Shown: positions 39,476 through 49,346 of the stretch, piece by piece
Position numbering within the stretch: position 1 is the first letter of the stretch
How the letters are laid out: every line of letters starts with the position of its first letter
Source of the DNA: Pseudomonadota bacterium
Lineage (GTDB): Bacteria; Myxococcota_A; Polyangia; Fen-1088
Assembly: GCA_017881315.1 (NCBI GenBank)
Contig: JADGRB010000001.1
Span: 12,564-76,563, forward strand
DNA length: 64,000 bases
Reading direction: 5' to 3'
Notes under the pieces: model-generated
The model's database searches: none
Told to the model about the DNA's origin: nothing
Seen by the model: the letters and a program-made list of their open reading frames with translations, nothing else
Made by a program: the position numbers and the translations under genes

Positions 39476-41133
39476 GCCTGCTCGTCTGGGCCGGGGCCGT
39501 GCTGGTGTTGCTGGGCGTCTTGATCCTGGTCCACGAGCTGGGCCACTTCGTCTTCGCGAAGCTGTTCGACGTCAAGGTGATCCGCTTTTCGCTGGGCTTC
39601 GGGCCGCGCCTCTTCGGCTTCACCTACGGCGAGACCGAATATCGGCTGTCGCTGGTGCCGCTCGGCGGCTATGTCCGCCTGCTCGGCGAGGATCCCGGTG
39701 AGCCGATCCCCCCCATCGATCGCCCGCGCGCGCTGGCCGCCAAGCCGCTCTGGCAGCGCTACACCGTGGTGGTCGCCGGTCCAGCCTTCAACATGTTGCT
39801 GCCGCTGCTCATCTATTTCGTCCACTACGCGGGACAGCGCACCCTCCTGCCGCCCACCATCGGCACGGTGCTGCCCGATCTGCCCGCCGCGTCCGCGGGG
39901 CTGCTCCCGGGCGATCGGGTCGACACCGTCGACGGCCGCAACGTTCGTTACTGGGAGGAGCTGGAACGGGTGATCGCCGGTTCGGCCGGCAAGACGCTGC
40001 GCTTCGCCATCCACCGCGGACCCGATGCCGAGGAGCGCGACGTGACGCCGATCTTGCTCGAGCGCCTGGGACCGTTGCGGGTCCGCGAGCACGTGGGCTG
40101 GATCGGCGTCTCGCCGCGCTTTCATCTGCCAGAGATCGGCGTGCTCGATCCCGCCTCGCCGGCGGCCCAGGCTGGGCTGCGAACCTTCGACTTCGTCACG
40201 GCGGTGGGCGGCGTGCCGGTCGGGACCTGGACCGAGTTCGAAAAGGCGGTGGAGCATGCGGGCGCGTCGCCGCTGCGCCTCAACTACCTGCGTGGCGGCT
40301 ATTCGGCCGTTCCGTTCGCGCACGTCGAGATCGAGGAGCCCGGTTCGGCGATCGTGATCCCGACCGCGGTGTTCGACGCGGCCGGCCGGCGGCACTACGA
40401 GACCGGCATCGTGTCGGCGGAGCTGTTCGTCTTTTCGATCGAGCCGGGCAGCCCCGCCGACCAGATCGGCCTGCGGCGCGGCGACCAGATCCAGACCCTC
40501 AACGGGGAGCCGCTGCCGCATTGGGACGTGCTGCGCGAGCATCTGGCCGATCACCCCGAGCAGACCTTTCGCATCGGCTGGCTGTCGCCGGGCGGCGTGC
40601 ACCACGAGGCGGGCTTCAAGCAGGAGGTTCGCTCCGAGCTGGATGCCTACCGACAGGACGAGCAGCACCTGATCTTCGGCGCGCTCAACCGGCTGGCCTG
40701 GAAGACCGATCCGCCGGTGCCGATCACCAACCGCTTCGGGTACGCGCTGTCGCATTCGTTCGAACGGACCGGGCAGATCATCGCCGCCATGACCACCGGC
40801 TTCGCCGAGATCGTCCGCGGGCGCGTGCCGCTCACCACGCTGGGCGGACCGATCATGATCGGCTACGCGGCGGGGGTGGCCGCCGAACAGGGGTTCGATC
40901 AGTACCTGTGGCTGATGGCGCTCATCAGCATCAACTTGGGTCTGCTCAACTTCCTGCCGGTGCCGATCCTCGACGGCGGGTTGCTGGTCTTCTTCACCCT
41001 GGAGCTGTTCAAGCGGCGGCCGCCCTCGCCGCGGGCGCGGGAGATCGCAACCTACGTGGGGCTGGTGGTGGTCGTGACGTTGATGCTGTTCGCGATGCGC
41101 AACGACGTGTTCCGGTATCTGCTGCCGAGATAG
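39472..41133 (+). CDS. rseP: Site-2 protease RseP (M50 zinc metalloprotease with PDZ domains)
   Basis: [10 protein letters not shown] (HExxH) in TM1, GGYV, two PDZ-like regions, and a C-terminal LDGG motif ([12 protein letters not shown]). GTG overlaps the hflX TGA. Confidence 0.85.
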   Translation: MSLLVWAGAVLVLLGVLILVHELGHFVFAKLFDVKVIRFSLGFGPRLFGFTYGETEYRLSLVPLGGYVRLLGEDPGEPIPPIDRPRALAAKPLWQRYTVVVAGPAFNMLLPLLIYFVHYAGQRTLLPPTIGTVLPDLPAASAGLLPGDRVDTVDGRNVRYWEELERVIAGSAGKTLRFAIHRGPDAEERDVTPILLERLGPLRVREHVGWIGVSPRFHLPEIGVLDPASPAAQAGLRTFDFVTAVGGVPVGTWTEFEKAVEHAGASPLRLNYLRGGYSAVPFAHVEIEEPGSAIVIPTAVFDAAGRRHYETGIVSAELFVFSIEPGSPADQIGLRRGDQIQTLNGEPLPHWDVLREHLADHPEQTFRIGWLSPGGVHHEAGFKQEVRSELDAYRQDEQHLIFGALNRLAWKTDPPVPITNRFGYALSHSFERTGQIIAAMTTGFAEIVRGRVPLTTLGGPIMIGYAAGVAAEQGFDQYLWLMALISINLGLLNFLPVPILDGGLLVFFTLELFKRRPPSPRAREIATYVGLVVVVTLMLFAMRNDVFRYLLPR

Positions 41134-41153
41134 AGCCGAGAAGCGAACGCGAA

Positions 41154-41870
41154 ATGACGACGGCGACCCGCGAGCTCTTTCTCTGTCTCGACACCTCGAC
41201 ACCGACGGCGCGCGTGGCGATGCTCGACGGGCACGGGGCGGTCGCGTTCGCGAAGGAGGCGACCGCCGAGCGGCATTCGGGCCACGTGCTTTCGCTCTGC
41301 GCCGAGGCGATGGGCGCGGTCGGCGTCGCGCCCGCGGAGCTCGGCGGCATCGCCTGCGGGGGCGGCCCGGGCAGCTTCACCGGGCTGCGGGTCGGTCTGG
41401 CGGCGGCCAAGGGCCTGGCGCTGCCGACGGGCGTGCCGCTCTTCGTCGTCTCGTCGCTCGAGGCGATGGCCTTGGACATTTTTGGAGGCCCGAGCGGCCC
41501 CGACGTCACGGCGGTCCCCTGCCTCGACGCCGGGAAAGGCGAGGTCTATGTGGCCGCCTACGCCGCCGATCGGGACCGCTTGGTACGTGAGACGGCCCCG
41601 ACGGTTCGTCTGACGCCCGTGGCCATGTCGGCCTGGCTCGCAACGTTGCCATCTGCCGCCGCGCCTGCCCTGCTGGCGGGCAATGGCGCCGAGCGATATC
41701 GCGACGCGCTGCCGGGAGCGGCCGTGGCCGCGATCGCCGGTCCGACCGCGGTCTCCGTCGGGCGCCTGGCGCTGCTCCAGCGCGTGCGCGGCGAGGTCGC
41801 CGATCTCGCGACGGCGGTTCCGTTCTACGGACGGCCGCCGGACATCACCGTCAAGCGCCAGCCCGGTTGA
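41154..41870 (+). CDS. tsaB: tRNA t6A biosynthesis protein TsaB (YeaZ)
   Basis: LCLDTSTP...GGPGSFTGLRVGLAAAKGLA is the TsaB/Kae1 inactive-paralog fold. ATG at 41154 lies 20 nt after the rseP stop. The track ORF 40521.. is out-of-frame upstream read-through. Confidence 0.75.
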   Translation: MTTATRELFLCLDTSTPTARVAMLDGHGAVAFAKEATAERHSGHVLSLCAEAMGAVGVAPAELGGIACGGGPGSFTGLRVGLAAAKGLALPTGVPLFVVSSLEAMALDIFGGPSGPDVTAVPCLDAGKGEVYVAAYAADRDRLVRETAPTVRLTPVAMSAWLATLPSAAAPALLAGNGAERYRDALPGAAVAAIAGPTAVSVGRLALLQRVRGEVADLATAVPFYGRPPDITVKRQPG

Positions 41871-42756
41871 GGCTCTGCGCGGCCCGGGTCTCCGCGACGA
41901 GACCGTCGAGGAATCGCGCGACGGCCTTGGTGCGCTTGAGCGTGGGACGACAGACCAGGCGGACGTCGATGGCGGGGACGTCGGCGCGCTCGACGTCGAG
42001 CTGGCGGCGATCCCCGCGACGGAGCGCGAGCCCGGGGACCAGCCCCACGCCCAGCCCCTGCCGGACGTACGACAGCAAGAGCGATACGCTGGGGACGTCG
42101 ATCGTCGACAGCGGGCGCAGGCGCATGCGTCCCAGATACTCGTCGAGGACGCGGCGCCCCTGGCTCCCCGCGCCGAGGCGCAGCAGCGGCTCACGCGAGA
42201 GCCGGTTCCGGATCGGCTCGCGGCGCTTGCCCTTCGCCCGCGGCGCGACCCAGTAGAAGGGCTGAGCGGCGAGCGTGGTCTCGTCGGCGGTCTGCGTCCG
42301 GTCGCTGCTCACCATCGCGACGTCGACCTGCCCGGCGGCGCACAGACGCGCGGCTTCGATCGAGTTGGTGGTGGTGATCTCGAAGCGCAGCGGCGCGCCC
42401 TCGGCGAAGAGGCGGCGCAGGACCGGCAATAGCAGCGCCTCGCCCAGGTAGTCGCTGGCCGCCACCCGCAGCGTGGTCACGCGTGCGGTCGCCATCTCGC
42501 CGAGGAGCGTTTCCAGCGACGCCGCCTCGTCGAAGAGGCGGGTCAGGCTGCCGAGGACGGTCTCCCCGGCCAGGCTGGGGCGGATGCCGCGCCCCACCTT
42601 CTCGAAGAGGGCCACGCCGAAGCGCGCTTCGATCCGCCGAATCTGCTGCGACACCGCCGAGGCGGTCTTGTGCAGCCGCCGCGCCGCTTCGCCCACCGAG
42701 CCGGTCTGGGCCACCACCAACGCGTCGTGGAAGGCGGGGATGAGCGTCGCGTCCAT
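41851..42756 (-). CDS. LysR-family transcriptional regulator, divergent from leuC
   Basis: N-terminal HTH FHDALVVAQTGSVGEAARRLHKTASAVSQQIRRIE, followed by a LysR substrate-binding domain. Confidence 0.8.
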   Translation of the reverse strand: MDATLIPAFHDALVVAQTGSVGEAARRLHKTASAVSQQIRRIEARFGVALFEKVGRGIRPSLAGETVLGSLTRLFDEAASLETLLGEMATARVTTLRVAASDYLGEALLLPVLRRLFAEGAPLRFEITTTNSIEAARLCAAGQVDVAMVSSDRTQTADETTLAAQPFYWVAPRAKGKRREPIRNRLSREPLLRLGAGSQGRRVLDEYLGRMRLRPLSTIDVPSVSLLLSYVRQGLGVGLVPGLALRRGDRRQLDVERADVPAIDVRLVCRPTLKRTKAVARFLDGLVAETRAAQSLNRAGA

Positions 42757-42777
42757 GAAACCGCCCCGATTGTATAC

Positions 42778-42792
42778 TTAAGCAGAACTTAA
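42778..42792. promoter_or_regulatory. LysR-type T-N11-A box in the divergent lysR-leuC intergenic region
   Basis: TTAAG-CAGAA-CTTAA is a perfect 5-bp inverted repeat with a 5-bp spacer. It sits in an AT-richer stretch (TGTATACTTAAGCAGAACTTAACTGTTA). Confidence 0.4.
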
Positions 42793-42852
42793 CTGTTACT
42801 CCCGCGGTTGTCACTGGACGCGGCCCGGGACCCCGGTCCAGAGTGCACAGCG

Positions 42853-44250
42853 ATGAAACCCCGCACCATGTTCCAGAAGATCTGGGAGGCGCACCTGGTG
42901 CGCCCGGCCAGCGCCGACACGCCGGCGATCCTCTACGTCGATCTCCACCTGATCCACGAGGTCACCTCGCCGCAGGCCTTCACCTGGCTGCGCGAGAAGA
43001 ACCTCAAGGTCCGGCGCCCGGAGCGGACGGTGGCGACCATGGACCACTCGACGCCGACCACCCCGCGCGGCCGCGACGGCAAGATCCAGGTGCTCGACAA
43101 CGCGGCGGCGCTGCAGATCGCGGCGCTCGAGAAGAACTGCGCCGATTTCGGGATCGAGCTGCACGCGCTCGGCAGTGACGGGCAGGGGATCGTGCACGTG
43201 ATCGGACCGGAGTTGGGCCTCACCCAGCCGGGCGCGATCATCGTCTGCGGCGACAGCCACACCAGCACGCACGGCGCGTTCGGCGCGCTGGCGTTCGGGA
43301 TCGGGACCAGCGAGGTCTCTCACGTGCTGGCGACGCAGAGCCTGCTGCAGCAGCCGCCCAAGACGCTGGCGGTCACCATCGAGGGGACGCTGCGTCCGGG
43401 GGTCACGGCCAAGGACGTGATCCTGGCGGTGGTCGCGCGGCTCGGCATCGGCGGCGGCAACGGGCACGTGATCGAATACCGCGGCTCGGCGATCCGCGCG
43501 CTGTCGATGGAGGAGCGGATGACCGTCTGCAACATGTCCATCGAGGCGGGCGCGCGCGCCGGCATGATCGCCCCCGACGAGACCACCTTCGCCTATCTCG
43601 AGGGGCGGCCGCGGGCGCCCAAGGGGGCGGCCTGGGACAAGGCGGTCGCGGCCTGGCGATCGCTGCCGTCCGATCCCGGCGCGGCCTTCGATCGCGAAGA
43701 GAAGTTCGATGCCGACAAGCTCGAACCGATGATCACCTACGGGACCAACCCGGGGATGGGGATCTCGATCGGCGGGCCGATCCCGGCGCCCAGCAACGCC
43801 ACCGCCGAGAAGGCGCTCGCGTACATGGGGCTCACCGGCGAGAAGAAGCTCCTCGGGCACAAGATCGACGTGGTGTTCATCGGCAGCTGCACCAACTCGC
43901 GCCTCTCCGACCTGCGCGCGGCGGCCGGGATCTTCAAGGGCCGCAAGGTCGCCGAGGGCGTGCGGGTGCTGGTGGTGCCCGGCTCGCAGGCGATCAAGAA
44001 GGCGGCCGAGGCCGAGGGGCTGGATCGGGTTTTCCGCGAGGCGGGGGCCGACTGGCGCGAGGCGGGCTGCTCGATGTGCATCGCGATGAACGGCGATCAA
44101 CTCAAGCCCGGTCAGTACGCGGTCAGCACCAGCAACCGAAACTTCGAGGGACGACAGGGGGCCGGGGGACGCACCTTCCTGGCCAGCCCGGTCACGGCCG
44201 CGGCGTCCGCCATCACGGGCCGCATCACCGACGCACGGGAGATGGTCTAA
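42853..44250 (+). CDS. leuC: 3-isopropylmalate dehydratase large subunit
   Basis: Near-identical block structure to E. coli LeuC ([87 protein letters not shown]). Start at [10 protein letters not shown]. Confidence 0.9.
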   Translation: MKPRTMFQKIWEAHLVRPASADTPAILYVDLHLIHEVTSPQAFTWLREKNLKVRRPERTVATMDHSTPTTPRGRDGKIQVLDNAAALQIAALEKNCADFGIELHALGSDGQGIVHVIGPELGLTQPGAIIVCGDSHTSTHGAFGALAFGIGTSEVSHVLATQSLLQQPPKTLAVTIEGTLRPGVTAKDVILAVVARLGIGGGNGHVIEYRGSAIRALSMEERMTVCNMSIEAGARAGMIAPDETTFAYLEGRPRAPKGAAWDKAVAAWRSLPSDPGAAFDREEKFDADKLEPMITYGTNPGMGISIGGPIPAPSNATAEKALAYMGLTGEKKLLGHKIDVVFIGSCTNSRLSDLRAAAGIFKGRKVAEGVRVLVVPGSQAIKKAAEAEGLDRVFREAGADWREAGCSMCIAMNGDQLKPGQYAVSTSNRNFEGRQGAGGRTFLASPVTAAASAITGRITDAREMV

Positions 44251-44829
44251 ATGGAAAAGGTCAACCTCATCACCTCGCGCACGGTCGTCTTGCCTGTCGA
44301 GAACGTCGACACCGACCAGATCATCCCGGCGCGGTTTCTCAAGGCCACCAGCAAGATTGGCCTCGGCAAAAATCTCTTCGCAGACTGGCGCTTCGACGCC
44401 GACGGCAAACCCAAGGCCGATTTCATTCTCAACCGGCCGGAGGCGAGCGGGGCGGCGATCCTGGTCGCCGGCGACAACTTCGGTTGTGGCTCGTCCCGCG
44501 AGCACGCGCCCTGGGCCCTGCACGACTACGGTTTCCGCGCGGTGGTCAGCACTTCGATCGCCGACATCTTCCGGAACAACGCCCTCAAGAACGGCCTCAT
44601 TCCGGTGGTGGTCGATCGGGCGGTGCACGAGAAGCTCCTGGCCGCCCCGGACGCCATCGTCACGATCTCCGTCGAGGACCAGACCCTGACGCTGGCCGAC
44701 GGGACCCGGACTTCCTTTCCGATCGACCCCTTCGCCCGCTTCTGCCTGCTGAACGGCGTCGACGAGCTGGAGTTTTTGCTGGCCCAGGAGCCCGCGATCG
44801 CGGCCTTCGAAAAGAGCCGCGCCGGCTGA
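44251..44829 (+). CDS. leuD: 3-isopropylmalate dehydratase small subunit
   Basis: [29 protein letters not shown], and the [16 protein letters not shown] swivel motifs. The start lies 1 nt after the leuC stop. Confidence 0.9.
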   Translation: MEKVNLITSRTVVLPVENVDTDQIIPARFLKATSKIGLGKNLFADWRFDADGKPKADFILNRPEASGAAILVAGDNFGCGSSREHAPWALHDYGFRAVVSTSIADIFRNNALKNGLIPVVVDRAVHEKLLAAPDAIVTISVEDQTLTLADGTRTSFPIDPFARFCLLNGVDELEFLLAQEPAIAAFEKSRAG

Positions 44830-44866
44830 TCGATCGGCGCTATCATCGATGCACGGAGGCGCGTGC

Positions 44867-45073
44867 ATGGAGAAGGTCCTCGTGGATCCGGGATCGACGG
44901 CGGTTCAAATGGTGAAGCTGCGGGAGCGGCACGGTGAGCTGGAGCGGAGGTTGGCCGAGCTGGAACGGCACCTGTCGCTCACCCCCGACGAGCAGATCGA
45001 GCGCATCCGACTCAAGAAAGAGAAGCTGCGCATGAAAGACGAGATCACCCGCCTCGGCGCCGCCGGGGCCTGA
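44867..45073 (+). CDS. DUF465/YdcH-family small protein
   Basis: LRERHGELERRLAELERH...RIRLKKEKLRMKDEITRL parallels the E. coli YdcH ...RMKKQKLQLKDEM... pattern. Confidence 0.55.
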   Translation: MEKVLVDPGSTAVQMVKLRERHGELERRLAELERHLSLTPDEQIERIRLKKEKLRMKDEITRLGAAGA

Positions 45074-45092
45074 GCGGCGCTACACTGTCGGC

Positions 45093-45590
45093 GTGACCGA
45101 CGCCGCCGACGCCGCCAATGTCGATTGGCTCGAGAAGCTCCGCCAGTCCGGAATCCGCGTCGACCGGGAGGGGCGCTTCATCCACGAGGGCGCCGAGGTC
45201 ACCCACGGCGGGCTCAAGAGCGCCCTCTTTCGCTGGCTCGATCGCTTGCCGCCCCCCGACGGTCGCTACGTCCTTCGCCTCGATGAACGCCGCTTCGCCT
45301 ACCTCGACGTCGACGACACGCCGCTGGTGGTCCGCGCGGCCCGCGTCGATCCGGCGGGCGCGATCCTCCTCGCGCTCTCCGACGGCGCCGAGGAGCCGCT
45401 CGATCCGTCGACGCTGACCGTCGACGACGCCGGCGTCCTGCGGGCCTGGGTGCGGGGTGGGCGGCTGGAGGCGCGCCTCTCCAGCTCCGCGGTGGCGGCG
45501 CTGGCCGACCGGCTCACGGAATCCGGCGGCCGCCCGGTGTTGCACGTGGCGGGGCGGTCGGTCCCGCTCCCGGCAAGGCCGGCAGGGTGA
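45093..45590 (+). CDS. Conserved hypothetical protein (resembles DUF1285-type proteins from memory; unverified)
   Basis: GTG start. The composition is coherent (VDWLEKLRQSGIRVDREGRFIHEGAEVTHGGLKSALFRWL), while the antisense frame is junk. The 3' end overlaps the convergent kinase gene by ~77 nt. Confidence 0.5.
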   Translation: MTDAADAANVDWLEKLRQSGIRVDREGRFIHEGAEVTHGGLKSALFRWLDRLPPPDGRYVLRLDERRFAYLDVDDTPLVVRAARVDPAGAILLALSDGAEEPLDPSTLTVDDAGVLRAWVRGGRLEARLSSSAVAALADRLTESGGRPVLHVAGRSVPLPARPAG

Positions 45591-47031
45591 CAACGAACCG
45601 CGCGCCGCCGAGCGGCGCCGGCGCGTCGGTCAGGCGGATGTCGCCGCCGTGGTCGAGCACGATCTTGCGCACGATGGCCAGCCCCAACCCGGTGCCGTGC
45701 TCCTTGGTGGTCACGTAGGGATCGAAGATCCGATCCCGCGAGGGGGCCTCGACGCCCGGTCCGTTGTCGTCGACCGTCAGGGAAGCCGCGCGCCCGGACG
45801 CGTCCAGCGCGACCGCCAGTCGGACCATCGGTTTCTTCCCGGCCGCCGCCGCCGCCTGCACGGCGTTCTCGACCAGGTTGGCGAGTACCCGCCGGACCAG
45901 CATCCGATCGCAGAGCGCCTCGACGGGCGCGTGGCGATCGACGTGCAGCGCCTCTTGCCACTCCGGGTGGGCGCGCGCGAAGTCGTCGACCACCTGGCCG
46001 AGGTCGACCGGCAAGGGCTCGACCTTGGGCAGCTTGGCAAAAGCCGAGAAGTCGTCGACCAGGCGGCGGATCGCGCCCACCTCCTCGTTGAGGATCTCCT
46101 GCGCCGTCTCGAGCAGCCGCTGGTAGGCCGGATCGCCACCGCGGTAGGTGGAGGCCAGCTCCTGCACCGCCAGCTGGATCGGCGTGAGCGGATTCTTGAT
46201 CTCGTGGGCCAGCCGGCGCGCGACCTCCTGCCAGGCCGAGACCTTTTGCAGGTAGACCAGCCGCGAGCGCGCCTCGCTGAGCTCGGCGACCATGCGATCG
46301 AACGCCCGCCCCAGATCGTCGAGCTCGTCGGAGCCGCGCGGCGCGACGCGCACGGTGAGATCGCCTTCGCCGACCCGCCGGGCGGCGTCGCTCAGCGTCG
46401 CCACCCGCCCGGTGGCGCGCCGGGCGATGAACAGCCCCAGCGCCGCGGCCAGCGCCAGCACCGCCACCAGCGCCACGCCCAGGCCGTGGAAGATCCGCGG
46501 CAGCACCACCGGCAGCAGGCGATCCAGCTCGTGCTCCTCTTCCATGGCGGCGCGTAGCGCCAGGAAGTTCGAATAGATCTCGCGCGGGATCCCGAAGGTC
46601 ACCTCCAGGAGACGCGGCTCGGGCCCGACCGACGGCAGCGCGACCAGATTGGGCGGCGCCTCGTGCGCGTCGGCGATCACGTTGGGGGCCGCGGACCACT
46701 CGTCGACCACCCGGGTGCCGGCCAGGATGCGCGCCCGCAGGAGATCGGGCACCTCGGCCAGGTCGGCGGCGTGGTCGACCGGGCCGGTGGCGATCTCGTT
46801 GGCCCGGGCGCGAAAGCTGTCCTTCATCTTGTCGAAGTAAGCCTTGTAGACGTCGACCGCGCCGCCCAAGGATTGGCGGACCGCCTCCTGGTGCTGGAAG
46901 GTGATGGCCTCGATGCGACCGATGGTCACCGACATCAGGTAGGCCGCCGCGCCGAGCGGCAGCGACGCGACGATGAAGAGCGCCAGCAGGATCTTCCATT
47001 CGAAGCGGCCGGGCAGTCGCAGGAGCTTCAT
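45514..47031 (-). CDS. Sensor histidine kinase (2 TM, periplasmic domain, HAMP, HisKA, HATPase)
   Basis: H-box HEIKNPLTPIQLAVQEL, N-box LVENAVQAA, G-boxes DNGPGV and GTGLGLAIV. The track's competing ORF 45299..46999 is R/G junk. Confidence 0.8.
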   Translation of the reverse strand: MKLLRLPGRFEWKILLALFIVASLPLGAAAYLMSVTIGRIEAITFQHQEAVRQSLGGAVDVYKAYFDKMKDSFRARANEIATGPVDHAADLAEVPDLLRARILAGTRVVDEWSAAPNVIADAHEAPPNLVALPSVGPEPRLLEVTFGIPREIYSNFLALRAAMEEEHELDRLLPVVLPRIFHGLGVALVAVLALAAALGLFIARRATGRVATLSDAARRVGEGDLTVRVAPRGSDELDDLGRAFDRMVAELSEARSRLVYLQKVSAWQEVARRLAHEIKNPLTPIQLAVQELASTYRGGDPAYQRLLETAQEILNEEVGAIRRLVDDFSAFAKLPKVEPLPVDLGQVVDDFARAHPEWQEALHVDRHAPVEALCDRMLVRRVLANLVENAVQAAAAAGKKPMVRLAVALDASGRAASLTVDDNGPGVEAPSRDRIFDPYVTTKEHGTGLGLAIVRKIVLDHGGDIRLTDAPAPLGGARFVVTLPALPGAGPTAPPRATPGGRRIP

Positions 47032-47732
47032 CGAAGGGTCCTTCCGGTTTGCGGGGGCGGGGCCGGCGCGGGGTTGCCGGGCACGAAGGGCTGCGACACG
47101 AACCGAACCTGGCGCTCGCTGTCCTCGATGCGCGGGTTGACGAAGATGCTCACGAACGATCCGAAGAAGCTGTCGCCCGCCCCCAGCTTGCGTTCGCCGC
47201 GCGCCGGCTGCACCAGCCAGCGGCGCACCTCGACCAGGAGATCTTCGGAGATCGGGTTGAGATCGCCGCGGACCACCACGACGTACCGTCCGTCGGGCCG
47301 CAGCCGCTTGGCCTCGGTGAGGGGAAAATCGACGAGCGCGGTGGCGCGCCAGATCGCCTGGTCGGCCGTGGGCGCGACGGCCCGCTGCTCGGCGCCGAGC
47401 CCCCGCGTCGCGCGCACGTTGAACCGTTCATCCCAGATGTCGTAGACGATCTCTGCGCGCTGGACGCCGAGCGCGATCGGCTCGCCGGTCGATTCTTCCT
47501 GGATGGCGACGCGGATGAGGACGCGCGTCGCGAACCCCGAGGACAGGTGCTGGCGCTCGGTGGCGCCGAACAGATCGGTGAGGCCGACGCTGATCGTGAG
47601 CTGGCCATCCTTGATCGCGATCCCGGTCTCGCGTCGGGGCGGATCCGCAGCGCGCGCGGTTCCGCCTGCGCCCGCCAGCGCGCCCAGCGTGCAGGCGACG
47701 ACGACGGCGGAGGCGACGCGGCGGTGGGCCAT
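47028..47732 (-). CDS. Secreted protein (signal peptide) of the DUF4390-like type often encoded upstream of envelope-sensing kinases (family assignment from memory)
   Basis: Signal peptide MAHRRVASAVVVACTLGALAGAGGTARA. Its stop overlaps the kinase start (ATGA). Its start abuts the Omp85 gene stop. Confidence 0.55.
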   Translation of the reverse strand: MAHRRVASAVVVACTLGALAGAGGTARAADPPRRETGIAIKDGQLTISVGLTDLFGATERQHLSSGFATRVLIRVAIQEESTGEPIALGVQRAEIVYDIWDERFNVRATRGLGAEQRAVAPTADQAIWRATALVDFPLTEAKRLRPDGRYVVVVRGDLNPISEDLLVEVRRWLVQPARGERKLGAGDSFFGSFVSIFVNPRIEDSERQVRFVSQPFVPGNPAPAPPPQTGRTLR

Positions 47733-49282
47733 CAGAACGAGCTGCGGCTGAGCGCGTTGGCGATTGAGATCGTGAAGACGCCCACGTAGGTGTCGAGCCG
47801 GAGGCCGAGATCGCCCGTCAGATCGATGGGGAGGGAGCTCAATGAAAACGGACCCGGCGCGGTGAAGTCGCCGTCGCTGGCCATGCCCAGCAGGCCCGCC
47901 GCGACGAAGGCGTCGCCGCCGTAGACCAGCCCCCGGCGGCGCCAGATCGGAACGGCGTACTCCACCAGCAGCCGTCCCGCGAAGTTGTCGTAGCGGTGGT
48001 GCGCGACGTTGGTGCCGAGGAGGTTTGGCGACGGTTGGGTCGAGAAATTCATCCCCAGGGCCCGCCGCGGCAGCAGCAGGTTCAGATCGCCGACGAAGAA
48101 GCGATCGAAGTAGGGGGCGTCGCCCGCGATGGCGCCGGCGAAGACGTGAAAGCCCAGCGCGTGCCCGTGCGGCATCGCCTTGTAGAATGATCCGTCGAGG
48201 ACGGTCTTGACGTAGTCGTAGCTCGATCCGAGCAACTTGCTGCCCGCTTCGACCGAGAGGGCGATCCGCATCCCGGAGCGCGGCAAGATCGGATCGGATC
48301 GGGTGTCGAGGTCGAGGCTGGCCGCCAGGGTGCCGACGCGGCTGGCGCCGTTCTTCACCATGAAGTCGATCGGCGCGCCGAGGCCGCTCGGCAGCGTGCG
48401 CGTCTGGAGCGCCGGGAGCGTCGTCGCGATCTCCTCCTCGCGAAAGCTGACGGTGGCGTGGAAGCCCGCCGGCAGCATCTTGCCGACGGCCAGCAGGCCA
48501 CCGGCGCGCCGCACGCGGGTGGCGACGAAGTCCGCCGGATCGGCGTCGCCGTCCTCTCCGAGCGCCCGGTAGAACTCGCTGCCGTCGTTGTAGAGCCCGG
48601 TGAGCGACAGGCTGAGGCCGTTCGGCCCGCCCAGCGGGGGCACGCCGATGTGTAATCGCAGGCCTAGCGCCGTGGTCGCGTCCTCGACCACCGGTTTCGT
48701 CGAGGCGACGAAGCCGGCGCCGAGGTTGATGCCGCGGCCGAGGAAGTTGGTCTCCGAGAGATCGGCGCCCCCCCAGAACATGGTGGCCCCGCTGGTGGCC
48801 GGAAACAGCTCGTTGATCACCAGCGTGCCGCGTTCGTCCACCTCGACCACCAGGACCGCGCCGCCGCGTTTCGCGCCGCGGGTCACCGAGAGGCGGACGT
48901 CGAGGAAGAAGCCCAGCGCCAGCAGGCGATAGCGCGCGGTCTCGACGCGTGGATCGGAGGCGTCGACGTTGGCGCCCGCCGCCAGCCCCAGCGCCGCCAG
49001 CTCGCGCAGGATGAGCGACTTTTCGGTCTTGCGGTTGCCGCGAATGAGCACGTCCTCGATGACGTACCGAGGTCCGAAGCGCGCGTCCGGAAACGGCGCC
49101 GCGTCATCGTCTGGGAGGGCGTCGCCGGCGGCGTCCTCGCGCGTGACACGTGCGGCGCTGGCGCCTTCGGGGGCCCCGACCCCATGGGTGCTCGGCGCGG
49201 CCGGCGGATCCGCCGCGAGCGCCCGGCCACCCGCCATCACCACCACGACGGCCAGGAAGCGCGCGCCGGCTCGGGCGATCAT
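47732..49282 (-). CDS. Omp85/BamA-family outer-membrane protein with a single POTRA domain (second copy in the window)
   Basis: Signal peptide MIARAGARFLAVVVVMAGGRALA, a POTRA segment YVIEDVLIRGNRKTEKSLILREL, and an aromatic C-terminus RSSF. Start placed at Met49 of the track ORF (coordinate +/-1). Confidence 0.7.
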   Translation of the reverse strand: MIARAGARFLAVVVVMAGGRALAADPPAAPSTHGVGAPEGASAARVTREDAAGDALPDDDAAPFPDARFGPRYVIEDVLIRGNRKTEKSLILRELAALGLAAGANVDASDPRVETARYRLLALGFFLDVRLSVTRGAKRGGAVLVVEVDERGTLVINELFPATSGATMFWGGADLSETNFLGRGINLGAGFVASTKPVVEDATTALGLRLHIGVPPLGGPNGLSLSLTGLYNDGSEFYRALGEDGDADPADFVATRVRRAGGLLAVGKMLPAGFHATVSFREEEIATTLPALQTRTLPSGLGAPIDFMVKNGASRVGTLAASLDLDTRSDPILPRSGMRIALSVEAGSKLLGSSYDYVKTVLDGSFYKAMPHGHALGFHVFAGAIAGDAPYFDRFFVGDLNLLLPRRALGMNFSTQPSPNLLGTNVAHHRYDNFAGRLLVEYAVPIWRRRGLVYGGDAFVAAGLLGMASDGDFTAPGPFSLSSLPIDLTGDLGLRLDTYVGVFTISIANALSRSSF

Positions 49283-49346
49283 GCCCGCAGGATAACCCGT
49301 CTGGGCCCCACCGCCTGTGACGGACACCTCCGTTCCGGGCAGAAGC

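Noticed and set aside
38950-41202. 750-aa minus-strand ORF
   Set aside because: It is antisense to hflX and rseP.
42811-44868. 685-aa minus-strand ORF
   Set aside because: It is antisense to leuC and leuD, which are unambiguous.
45299-46999. 566-aa minus-strand ORF competing with the histidine kinase frame
   Set aside because: The neighbouring frame (45514..47031) carries all the H/N/G boxes, while this frame is R/G/P junk.
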